Assembly (NCBI RefSeq): GCF_900232105.1
Contig: NZ_LT934425.1
Span: 1,980,001-2,012,000 of the forward strand
Source of the DNA: Candidatus Kuenenia stuttgartensis
GTDB lineage: Bacteria; Planctomycetota; Brocadiia; Brocadiales; Brocadiaceae
Length of the DNA: 32,000 bases
Reading direction: 5' to 3'
Part shown: piece after piece, positions 1 through 7,649 of the stretch
How the letters are laid out: every line of letters begins with the position of its first letter
Position numbering within the stretch: the first letter of the stretch is position 1
The notes under the pieces: model-generated
Databases searched by the model: none
What the model saw: the letters and a program-made list of their open reading frames with translations, nothing else
What the model was told of the DNA's origin: nothing
Translations under genes and position numbers: made by a program

Positions 1-10
1 GCAGTCGGCG

Positions 11-114
11 GTCTACAGTCGGCAATCAGCAATAAGCAGCCGGCAATCCTTTGTCCCCCGCTGGCGGGGGTGCAGTGGGTGGAAATTGTAGACTGTAGAT
101 TGCCGACTGTGGAT
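11..114. repeat. Imperfect inverted repeat pair (11-27 / 98-114) enclosing a short all-GC hairpin (55-70)
   Basis: gtctacagtcggcaatc (11-27) matches the reverse complement of gattgccgactgtggat (98-114) at 15 of 17 positions. cccccg-ctgg-cggggg at 55-70 is a 6-bp GC stem with a 4-nt loop. cagtcggc recurs at 2-9 and 16-23. Confidence 0.5.
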
Positions 115-132
115 TGTAAAAAGGACTCCTGT

Positions 133-693
133 ATGAGATATTTATTCATTGTAATTATATTTTTCACCTGTACTTTTTGCCCCTCCCTTTTATTTGCGTT
201 GCCAGCAGATGATGTTGTTCCTCTGGTGGACCAGGAGTACTATTTTCACGTACACAGGGCGATGAAAGACGCCAAAAACTCCATTTTTTGCGTTATGTAC
301 TCTGCAAACATCAACCCGAAATACCCGAAAAGCAAGGAATATCAACTGCTGGATGGGCTTGTCGACGCTCATAAACGAGGCGTAGCCGTAACGGTAATAT
401 TTGAAAAAAACATTGCCTTCTGGGAAAAAGGAGCCAAGGGCAAAACGGTGGAAAAAAAGAGTCCGAAGGCATACGAGTTTCTCAAAGAAAAGGGTGTTCC
501 TGTTTTTTACGACAGTGTTAAAAATATCACTCATAGCAAAATACTGGTTATCGATAATTACGTCACCATTCTTGGTAGTACAAACTGGACGTACAGCGCC
601 TTGAATAAAAACCACGAGGCCTCCGTCCTGATCAAGTCCAGGAGCGTAGCGGAGTCTTTTCTTGCGAAACTCAATAAGATCCCAAGGGATTAA
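133..693 (+). CDS. Secreted single-HKD phospholipase D / Nuc-endonuclease superfamily protein
   Basis: ORF 70-693 trimmed to ATG133, because MRYLFIVIIFFTCTFCPSLLFALPADD looks like a signal peptide and the GTG70 extension overlaps the hairpin repeat. One HKD motif is present: HSKILVIDNYVTILGSTNWTYSALNKNHE (HxK-x4-D-x6-GSxN). The size fits single-HKD members that dimerise. Confidence 0.8.
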   Translation: MRYLFIVIIFFTCTFCPSLLFALPADDVVPLVDQEYYFHVHRAMKDAKNSIFCVMYSANINPKYPKSKEYQLLDGLVDAHKRGVAVTVIFEKNIAFWEKGAKGKTVEKKSPKAYEFLKEKGVPVFYDSVKNITHSKILVIDNYVTILGSTNWTYSALNKNHEASVLIKSRSVAESFLAKLNKIPRD

Positions 694-743
694 CCGAGAC
701 TGCTTATTGATCATAAATGGCGCTTGTTTAGAATTTCAAATCA

Positions 744-785
744 TTTTGTCATTAGAATTTGTTTCCTACTTCGTATTTCGAATTT
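744..785 (-). repeat. Dispersed AT-rich repeat, family A (other copy 13284-13332)
   Basis: The reverse complement reads aaattcgaaatacgaagtaggaaacaaattctaatgacaaaa. It shares an identical 16-mer aaattcgaaatacgaa and the 3' block gaaacaaNttcNaatgacaaaa with 13284-13332. Confidence 0.6.
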
Positions 786-911
786 CACGAGTATCTTATT
801 TCACCATTAAATATTTTGACAAAAATGCAAAGATATTACTGATAAGCACAAAGCCCTCCCCACTATGTTTCATTATTATCGACGGCAAATCTCTTTTTCA
901 TCGAAAACATT

Positions 912-940
912 TTACAATAAAAGCGAATTGATAGTATAAT
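912..940 (+). promoter_or_regulatory. Sigma70-like promoter TTACAA-17 nt-TATAAT overlapping the annotated start of the next gene
   Basis: ttacaa at 912-917, a 17-nt spacer and a perfect tataat at 935-940. The predicted TSS near 946-948 coincides with the second in-frame ATG (948), so the mRNA may be leaderless. Confidence 0.4.
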
Positions 941-3239
941 GACACGCATGGAAAATGTTACCCAATGGAACCTAATTTTTACCGGGCTTGAAGGTTTTGG
1001 CCTCCGTGCGATGGTGTTTATAATTGCAATAGCGATTCTCTTTTTTTCATGGTCGAGCATCAAAAATATCCGGCCTGTTTCCCGGCGCATACTCTTATTT
1101 TCTTTACGGCTGGCAGGAACCCTGCTGATAGTCCTTCTCCTTTTTCAACCACACCTGGAGCAAAAAGAGGTATTGAAGCTGAAAAATAAGGTGGTTTGCC
1201 TTCTCGATGCTTCGAAAAGCATGTCTCTTAAATGCGGAGATATTGCGGTTACCCGGGCACAGTTGCTTGATAATTTTTTTACGGAGAATGATGCTTTTTT
1301 CAAGGAACTGCAAAGTTCTTTTGACGTAAATTTCTTCACTTTTTCCGATATCCCAACGGAAACCTCCTATAAAGATATCAGGACGGGTATTACTCCAGAT
1401 GGAGAAGATACGGATTTTGCGCAAACTCTGAAATATTTACAACAACGTTACAAAGACGATAATGTGAAGGCTTTTTTCCTTTTTTCAGACGGGAAAGACA
1501 CGGTGGAACGCCCGGCGAATGTAAATGCCTCGGAGGTTATAGCAGGCATTGCAAGAGAATTTTCTTCCCCCTTTTTTACCTTTGCACCCGCAGAGAATAT
1601 GGAGGCAAGAGATGTTGCTTTAAGCAGCATTTCCTACAACACATTTACTTTTGCGCGAAACCCATGGAAGGTAGACGCCACGATAAAGGTGATGGGATAC
1701 AACAACCTGAAACTACCCGTTACGCTTAAAGAAGGGAGCGACATTATTTCTACAAAGGTTATCACTGCCAATGAAGAAGGTGAATACAACGTCACCCTCT
1801 CATTTACTCCATACAAAACAGGAACCTTTCTTTATACCGTATCGATTCCCGTTCAGCCGAAGGAAGCAATTACTGAAAATAATCAGGTAAGCTTTCTTGT
1901 TAAGATAGTGCGGGACAAGATCAGGGTAATGCATGTTTGCGGAAGGCCCTCATGGGACGAACGTTTTTTGAGACAAGCGCTGAAGAACGACCCGAACATT
2001 GACCTTGTTTCTTTTTTCATCCTGCGGACGCCGAATGATATTTCCAACGCAAGCAATGATGAACTCAGCCTTATTCCCTTCCCCGTGGACGAACTCTTCA
2101 CAGAGGTACTTAACAGTTTTGACCTGGTGATATTTCAAAACTTTGACTACCGCCCTTACGATTCCCCGATATACCGGTTTTCTTACTATTTAAGCAACAT
2201 TGAAACATTCGTAAAGGACCATGGCGGCGGCTTTCTCATGATGGGGGGGGACTTGTCTTTTACACAGGGAGGGTATGACGGCACCTCTATAGAAGAAATT
2301 CTGCCGGTTTACCTTACGTCCGGCAAAGACCTTACGGAAACAGCCGGATTACGCGCAGCTCTTACAGAAAACGGACAACGACACCCAGTGACAACCCTTG
2401 ATATAAATAACGACAGAAACCTCTCCATATGGGAAAATCTCCCGGAACTTGATGGCTGTAATATTACGACACAACCAAAGGCTGACGCTGTAGTATTGGC
2501 CACATATCCATCACAGGGAGAGCCTCCACTCATTGCTGTTCGCGATGTCGGGGAGGGAAGATGCATGGCTATTACCGCCGATTCCCTTTGGCGATGGAAT
2601 TTTCTATCAGTGGGGAGAGGGGGCAGCAACAGATATTATATGAAATTCTGGCAAAATACCATCAAATGGCTTATTAAAGACCCCCTGTTTAACCCAATTC
2701 ATATAACAATAAACAAGGACACGTTCCTTCCGCAGGAAGAAGTACAGGTAAATATAAAGGTTTTGGAAAAAAGCTACCAGCCATGGGAAGGGGTGCATTT
2801 GGAGATAGACGTCACAAACGAATTTACCGGTAAAAGCATTTTCATTAACAAAGGAATAACCGGGCGCGACGGACAATATACCTTTAATTTTAAATACGAA
2901 GAGGAAGGGTTTTATATTATCAAAACAATTGCAAAAAATGAGAGCGGGGAGATCGGGCAGGAACATACCGTGTTTAATATTATGAAAGCGGATAAAGAAT
3001 TTAAGGACACTTCGATCGAAAGGGAATTGCTTATGAAATTGGCGGAGGTTTCCGGGGGCAAATATTTCAATTTGCCCCAAAAGGATATCAGGGGAAAAAT
3101 TTCCATAGAAAATCCGCCCATTACGAAACTTGTCGGAAAAAAGCAAATCTCCCTCTGGGACAAGGGGTACGTTTTTGTGATTATTATATCAATCGTGTCC
3201 TTTGATTGGTGGATAAGAAAACGCAGCGGCCTAAGCTGA
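939..3239 (+). CDS. Large membrane protein with BatA_N-like N-terminus, VWA-like domain and DUF1355/GATase1-like region
   Basis: 766-aa ORF. It has N-terminal TM helices followed by VVCLLDASKSMS (DxSxS MIDAS-like). The central blocks VMHVCGRPSWDERFLRQAL and ITADSLWRWNF are typical of the Planctomycete-type BatA/DUF1355 membrane proteins I recall. There is a C-terminal TM helix plus a WWIRKR tail. The true start may be ATG948. Confidence 0.7.
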   Translation: MTRMENVTQWNLIFTGLEGFGLRAMVFIIAIAILFFSWSSIKNIRPVSRRILLFSLRLAGTLLIVLLLFQPHLEQKEVLKLKNKVVCLLDASKSMSLKCGDIAVTRAQLLDNFFTENDAFFKELQSSFDVNFFTFSDIPTETSYKDIRTGITPDGEDTDFAQTLKYLQQRYKDDNVKAFFLFSDGKDTVERPANVNASEVIAGIAREFSSPFFTFAPAENMEARDVALSSISYNTFTFARNPWKVDATIKVMGYNNLKLPVTLKEGSDIISTKVITANEEGEYNVTLSFTPYKTGTFLYTVSIPVQPKEAITENNQVSFLVKIVRDKIRVMHVCGRPSWDERFLRQALKNDPNIDLVSFFILRTPNDISNASNDELSLIPFPVDELFTEVLNSFDLVIFQNFDYRPYDSPIYRFSYYLSNIETFVKDHGGGFLMMGGDLSFTQGGYDGTSIEEILPVYLTSGKDLTETAGLRAALTENGQRHPVTTLDINNDRNLSIWENLPELDGCNITTQPKADAVVLATYPSQGEPPLIAVRDVGEGRCMAITADSLWRWNFLSVGRGGSNRYYMKFWQNTIKWLIKDPLFNPIHITINKDTFLPQEEVQVNIKVLEKSYQPWEGVHLEIDVTNEFTGKSIFINKGITGRDGQYTFNFKYEEEGFYIIKTIAKNESGEIGQEHTVFNIMKADKEFKDTSIERELLMKLAEVSGGKYFNLPQKDIRGKISIENPPITKLVGKKQISLWDKGYVFVIIISIVSFDWWIRKRSGLS

Positions 3240-3438
3240 ACTCCATGCATTTGCAGTAAATCCAGGACCAATAAGGGGTATGATGTGTAGTGGCAAGGGG
3301 CGTGCCTTGCCATTGCAGGATGGAAAATAGCATGATCCCTGTTTTTACGATCCTCGTTCCTACGCTCTGCATTCCGGTAATTTAATAAATTCCGCTGAAT
3401 AAATACGAGTATTCATAAAAATAAGAAAGGGAAAAAAT

Positions 3439-5979
3439 ATGAAAAAATGTATGTCTATGTTCGGAGGTTCTTTTTTATTTACCTTAATTATATGTACCCC
3501 TTTTGCCTTTGCTGCCGGCGTGGAAAAAGTAAATCTGGGCATATATGGCGCTCAGGTACAGGATATTACATCATATGATAATTCAGGCACAACGGAAATT
3601 CTTATTGGTATTGATAGCATCAAAGGGGTATACAAATGGAATACGAGTACTTCTTTTTCATGGGAAGCGGTCACTTATCCCGATATCACCGGCAAGTGTT
3701 CAGAGATTGAAGCAAACCTTGTATCCGGCTATGAAAATGATATTTATGCGATCATCAGCGACAGTACCGGCGCCTCACAAATATATGCAAGCGACAGCGG
3801 TGGCAGTTACGGAAGCTGGGTTAATATTGCAACCGTTATTCCTGCTCCAGGGGTATTAACTGCCCATAGTTCAGGCTTATACGCCGGCACTTATCAGGGG
3901 GATGTTTACAGAAATACCGGTGGAACCGGCAATCCGTTTACCTTGCTGTATTCTTTTGGCTCCGGTTCAGAAATCACCTCTCTTTCTGTCTATGATGCGG
4001 ATACTATGTTTGTTATGGTAAGAACCGGAGGCAGCATTGTAACGCCATATAAATTGGACGGTTCGCCTTTAATTGCAACTGCACTTACACTGCCATCAAG
4101 TCCTGCATCCGGTTCAGGTTCCGTTGCGGTTGAAATAATCGGCGTAGACCCTACAGACGTTAACACTATTTTCATCGCAGGCGGCTCAGCAAACCCTCAG
4201 GTTTATAAGACAACAACCGGGGACTCCCCCTGGACTTCTTCATGGGATTTTGAAAGTTCCGGCGCTGATAATTTTCCGGGAGGATTCCCTCAATATATTA
4301 GATTTAATAACAACCGTGTCTTTATCAGCGCTTCTGTATTGGACGGTGCATCAGGTTCATGGTCTCATGCGCCGATCCTTTCCTCAACGGTTGGTTCATA
4401 TACCGTTGATACCCATGTTAATGACGGGGCATTAGATATTAATCCCAATGATACAACCAACATTTACATGGCAACTGACTGGGCTATTGGAGAGCTTAAT
4501 TATAATTCAGGCACATGGACCGCCGTCTCGGAAGTTGGAAATAACAATGGCATAGAAGGGGTTGTCTTAAATGATATAGATTTCTATGAATACTCTTCCA
4601 CCCATAAAGAACTATGGATTGCCTCAAAAAGCGGCGTTGGCAGGGCAGTCAATTTCGACCCCACAGATTCCTTATCAACAGCAAGTTCTTCAGACTGGAT
4701 TTTTCCTATGTTTCCTGAGACTGACGGGCCTCCGGTAACGGAAGTAACCATAAATCCAAATGACCCCTCAATAGTATTCGTAGGTAATAATGCGGGAAGG
4801 GTTTATGTGACAACAACAGGCACATCCACTTCACCGGCATGGGCAAAGGTATTCCAGGCAGAAGATCATACCGGCGAGTTTGGTTCTACACGCCCGGAGC
4901 ATTCAAATATTACCGCAATTGGTTTTGTGCCTTCCGTCTGCAACAGGATATACATTGCAGGCACAAACTGGGAAACCGGAGCAAACGGGGGAATATTTTA
5001 TAGTGACGATGACGGCATTACCTGGACGGCCGATACCATAAACAGCACTGGCGCAACTATTGATTTTCCGGTAAATACACTTTGGGTAACTGACAGTGAA
5101 GTCTGGGCTGGAGTTGGCGGGGAAAACAGTGCGGAAACAGGACTTCGCTGGAGGCTTTCCGTATGCTTAACCAATAGTTTCTGGGAGCCATCTACCGGAA
5201 CAAATATTGATAATGAAGTTGTAACGTCCATAGACGGAACTACGATCTCCGGGGATGTAACAGTTTATATTGCAACAAAAGGGGGCGTTTACAAGGGAGA
5301 AAAACCTTCGGGCAGTTCTGCATGGACATGGCAAACGGTAACCCCTTCTTCCGCAACATCCACTGATTTCACCTCTGTTACGGTCAACCCTTCCGATGCT
5401 AACAATGCATATGCTGCAGTGGGTAATTGTATTTATGAAACCACAGACGGCGGCGTTACATGGACTATTTTTGGCTCGTCCTGCAGCGATTCACATGAAG
5501 ATGTTAACGTATTGATATTTGACGATATTCTGGCAGGTACGGCAATCGGATTGTTTTCTTACAGCAGTAACGATACAACTCCAACTCCAACACAAACGCC
5601 AACCCTTACCCCAGATATACCTGCCAGCCCTACTCCAAGAACAACACCCACACTTACGCCTACAACAACTCCAAAAGAAGAGTGCCAGGCTGATTCCATG
5701 CAGGTTTCATCTGATAAAACTTCATTATTTGTTGGAGAAGTCAAGGACGTATATGTAAAAATCACAGGAAATGACAACTGCCTTGTCGAAGGCGCCAGTA
5801 TTAAAGCAAAGGTGACAAAGGGCAAGCGGTTATTAAACCTGTCATCCAGGAAAGAAACTACTGATGCAAACGGAGAAGCTGTTTTTGCGATAACCGCCAA
5901 CAAAAGTGGCAAAGCAAAAGTTATGTTTAAGTCGAACAATCTGAAGAAAAAAATATCCGTAACAATAGAGGAAGATTAA
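3439..5979 (+). CDS. Secreted BNR/Asp-box repeat (beta-propeller, sortilin/Ycf48-like) protein with Thr/Pro linker and C-terminal bacterial Ig-like domain
   Basis: Signal-peptide-like N-terminus MKKCMSMFGGSFLFTLIICTPFAFAAG. Asp-boxes SDDDGITWT and TTDGGVTWT, plus degenerate copies. TPTPTQTPTLTP...TPTLTPTTTP linker. The C-terminal ~100 aa (TTDANGEAVFAITANKSGKAKV) looks like a Big_1-type domain. Confidence 0.8.
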   Translation: MKKCMSMFGGSFLFTLIICTPFAFAAGVEKVNLGIYGAQVQDITSYDNSGTTEILIGIDSIKGVYKWNTSTSFSWEAVTYPDITGKCSEIEANLVSGYENDIYAIISDSTGASQIYASDSGGSYGSWVNIATVIPAPGVLTAHSSGLYAGTYQGDVYRNTGGTGNPFTLLYSFGSGSEITSLSVYDADTMFVMVRTGGSIVTPYKLDGSPLIATALTLPSSPASGSGSVAVEIIGVDPTDVNTIFIAGGSANPQVYKTTTGDSPWTSSWDFESSGADNFPGGFPQYIRFNNNRVFISASVLDGASGSWSHAPILSSTVGSYTVDTHVNDGALDINPNDTTNIYMATDWAIGELNYNSGTWTAVSEVGNNNGIEGVVLNDIDFYEYSSTHKELWIASKSGVGRAVNFDPTDSLSTASSSDWIFPMFPETDGPPVTEVTINPNDPSIVFVGNNAGRVYVTTTGTSTSPAWAKVFQAEDHTGEFGSTRPEHSNITAIGFVPSVCNRIYIAGTNWETGANGGIFYSDDDGITWTADTINSTGATIDFPVNTLWVTDSEVWAGVGGENSAETGLRWRLSVCLTNSFWEPSTGTNIDNEVVTSIDGTTISGDVTVYIATKGGVYKGEKPSGSSAWTWQTVTPSSATSTDFTSVTVNPSDANNAYAAVGNCIYETTDGGVTWTIFGSSCSDSHEDVNVLIFDDILAGTAIGLFSYSSNDTTPTPTQTPTLTPDIPASPTPRTTPTLTPTTTPKEECQADSMQVSSDKTSLFVGEVKDVYVKITGNDNCLVEGASIKAKVTKGKRLLNLSSRKETTDANGEAVFAITANKSGKAKVMFKSNNLKKKISVTIEED

Positions 5980-5993
5980 CCACTCAAGTCAAA

Positions 5994-6014
5994 AGTGAAA
6001 GTGAGGCTTTCACT
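5994..6014 (+). terminator. Possible weak terminator hairpin after the BNR gene
   Basis: agtgaaag-tgagg-ctttcact is an 8-bp stem with a 5-nt loop, 15 nt after the stop codon. Only a poor T-rich tail follows (ctggctttatctc). Confidence 0.3.
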
Positions 6015-6090
6015 CTGGCTTTATCTCTCACTCCGAAGGGCTGCTACGTGGTTAAGAGCGTGTTTACTGCGAGGTTGCTTCGGAAAAAGA

Positions 6091-6126
6091 CCCTCGCAAT
6101 GACATGCTGGATCCCTCGCAATGACA
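6091..6126 (+). repeat. Two direct copies of ccctcgcaatgaca (6091-6104, 6113-6126)
   Basis: The 14-mer repeats exactly, spaced 22 nt start to start. It is preceded by tgcgaggttgcttcg, which is partly complementary to the repeat core (cgcaa/ttgcg). Confidence 0.6.
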
Positions 6127-6233
6127 AGGTGGTTAAACTCTCTTTGGTCACGGCTTTGCCGCACTATATATTTAATGGCGAAATCCCCTATGTATGAATC
6201 CGAAGAGCAATTTAATGAAAGGTTTTTTGCAGC

Positions 6234-7442
6234 ATGCCGCCTGTATTAAAAATAGCGTTACGCGCCATATTAAGGAATAAATTACGCTCCTCACTTACAA
6301 TACTTGGTATCGTTATCGGAGTGGGGGCGGTAATTGTCATGGTAGGTATCGGACAGGGTGCGAAGGACTTGATTGAGAAACAAATAGAAAGCCTGGGCAC
6401 AAACGTACTCATTATTATCCCTGTCAGCACTTCTCACACCGCCGCCAGGGGAACGGAAGGAACCATTACCCTCACTGCGGAAGACGTAGCGGCAATAGCG
6501 AAGGAATGCCGGGAGGTAAGCCATGTATCGGCGAATTTACGAACGGCTTCCCAGGTGGTATATGGAAACCAAAACTGGTCAACAAGCATTGTAGGCATTC
6601 ACCCGGATTATCAGATTATACGGAACTGGGAGCTGGAGGCAGGCAGGTTTATCAGATCGCAGGACGTCAAGATAATGGCAAAGGTATGCGTATTGGGGCA
6701 AACGGTTGTCGTGAATTTATTCGGGTCTCTCGACCCGGTGGGCAGGTGGATACGCATTAACAATATCCCGTTCAAAGTAATTGGTGTATTAAAGGCGAAA
6801 GGGCAGTCTCCGATGGGTACAGACCAGGACGATACCGTGCTTATGCCGTATACCACCGTTCAGAGAAAGATTATGGGCGTTACACATGTTAGCGCTATCC
6901 TTGCTTCTTCGTATACCGCGACGGGACGTTTCAGGGCTATCGGGCAGATTACCGATCTGTTGCGAGAGCGCCACCGGCTGCGGGCTGGGGATGAAGATGA
7001 CTTCCGGATTATCAGCCAGGTCGAATATGCATCCACAATGACGGAAACCAGCCGCACAATGACCATACTGCTGGGGAGTATCGCGTCTGTTTCTTTAGTT
7101 GTGGGAGGTATCGGGATAATGAATATCATGCTTGTCTCCACCACCGAAAGAACGAGGGAAATAGGCATCAGGATGGCGGTTGGGGCGAAGGAAAGGGATA
7201 TCCTTCTTCAATTTCTGATAGAGGCGACAGTATTGAGTTCCATCGGCGGGATTATCGGCGTAATCTCCGGCATTGTCTTTTCAAATGCTATTTCACTTTA
7301 CGGTGGATGGCCTTCGATGCTCACCCCATTGCCAGTGGCAATAGCATTTCTCTTCTCCAATATAGTAGGTATATTTTTTGGATACTATCCCGCAAGAAAG
7401 GCGTCAAGGCTGAATCCTATTGAAGCGCTCAGGTACGAATAA
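6234..7442 (+). CDS. ABC transporter permease, MacB/FtsX family (MacB periplasmic core domain + FtsX)
   Basis: 402 aa. The N-terminus LRNKLRSSLTILGIVIGVGAVIVMVGIG is the typical MacB-type TM1. A large periplasmic segment follows. The C-terminal FtsX block reads TERTREIGIRMAVGAKERDILLQFLIEA...YYPARKASRLNPIEALRYE. Confidence 0.85.
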   Translation: MPPVLKIALRAILRNKLRSSLTILGIVIGVGAVIVMVGIGQGAKDLIEKQIESLGTNVLIIIPVSTSHTAARGTEGTITLTAEDVAAIAKECREVSHVSANLRTASQVVYGNQNWSTSIVGIHPDYQIIRNWELEAGRFIRSQDVKIMAKVCVLGQTVVVNLFGSLDPVGRWIRINNIPFKVIGVLKAKGQSPMGTDQDDTVLMPYTTVQRKIMGVTHVSAILASSYTATGRFRAIGQITDLLRERHRLRAGDEDDFRIISQVEYASTMTETSRTMTILLGSIASVSLVVGGIGIMNIMLVSTTERTREIGIRMAVGAKERDILLQFLIEATVLSSIGGIIGVISGIVFSNAISLYGGWPSMLTPLPVAIAFLFSNIVGIFFGYYPARKASRLNPIEALRYE

Positions 7443-7592
7443 GAAATGTTACAAAATGTTCAACATTCAACTCTCAAATTGTCGCTCATGTGCATTTAAC
7501 ATTGAACATTGAACTAAGCCTGTATCCAAACCCCACACGAACAAACAACGTTTGTCCGTGCCACCCATGTTGCACAAAAATATGTATGACAA

Positions 7593-7615
7593 TTTCCAAA
7601 AAACTAAAGTGCTAC
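7593..7615 (+). repeat. Copy of 24-nt motif family F (TTTTTAAAAAACTAAARTGYTAC)
   Basis: tttccaaaaaactaaagtgctac lies 35 nt upstream of the ABC exporter start. Related copies are at 9676-9699 (inverted), 9950-9973 and 20551-20574. Confidence 0.55.
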
Positions 7616-7649
7616 GCAAAAAGATATTTTTTGCTTATAATAGCCGTCT

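Noticed and set aside
70-132. GTG70 N-terminal extension of the PLD-like ORF (MQWVEIVDCRLPTVDCKKDSC...)
   Set aside because: It overlaps the inverted-repeat/hairpin element. ATG133 gives a clean signal peptide directly at the N-terminus.
190-714. 174-aa minus-strand ORF
   Set aside because: It is entirely antisense to the PLD-like gene, which has a clear HKD motif. This is a shadow ORF with no motif.
662-1090. ORFs 662-931 (+) and 863-1090 (-)
   Set aside because: They lie in AT-rich intergenic repeat DNA or overlap the promoter and 5' end of the BatA-like gene. They are low-complexity and have no RBS.
1104-3372. Multiple minus-strand ORFs (e.g. 2607-3146, 2912-3313, 2309-2629)
   Set aside because: They are antisense shadows of the 766-aa membrane protein gene, with no recognisable motifs.
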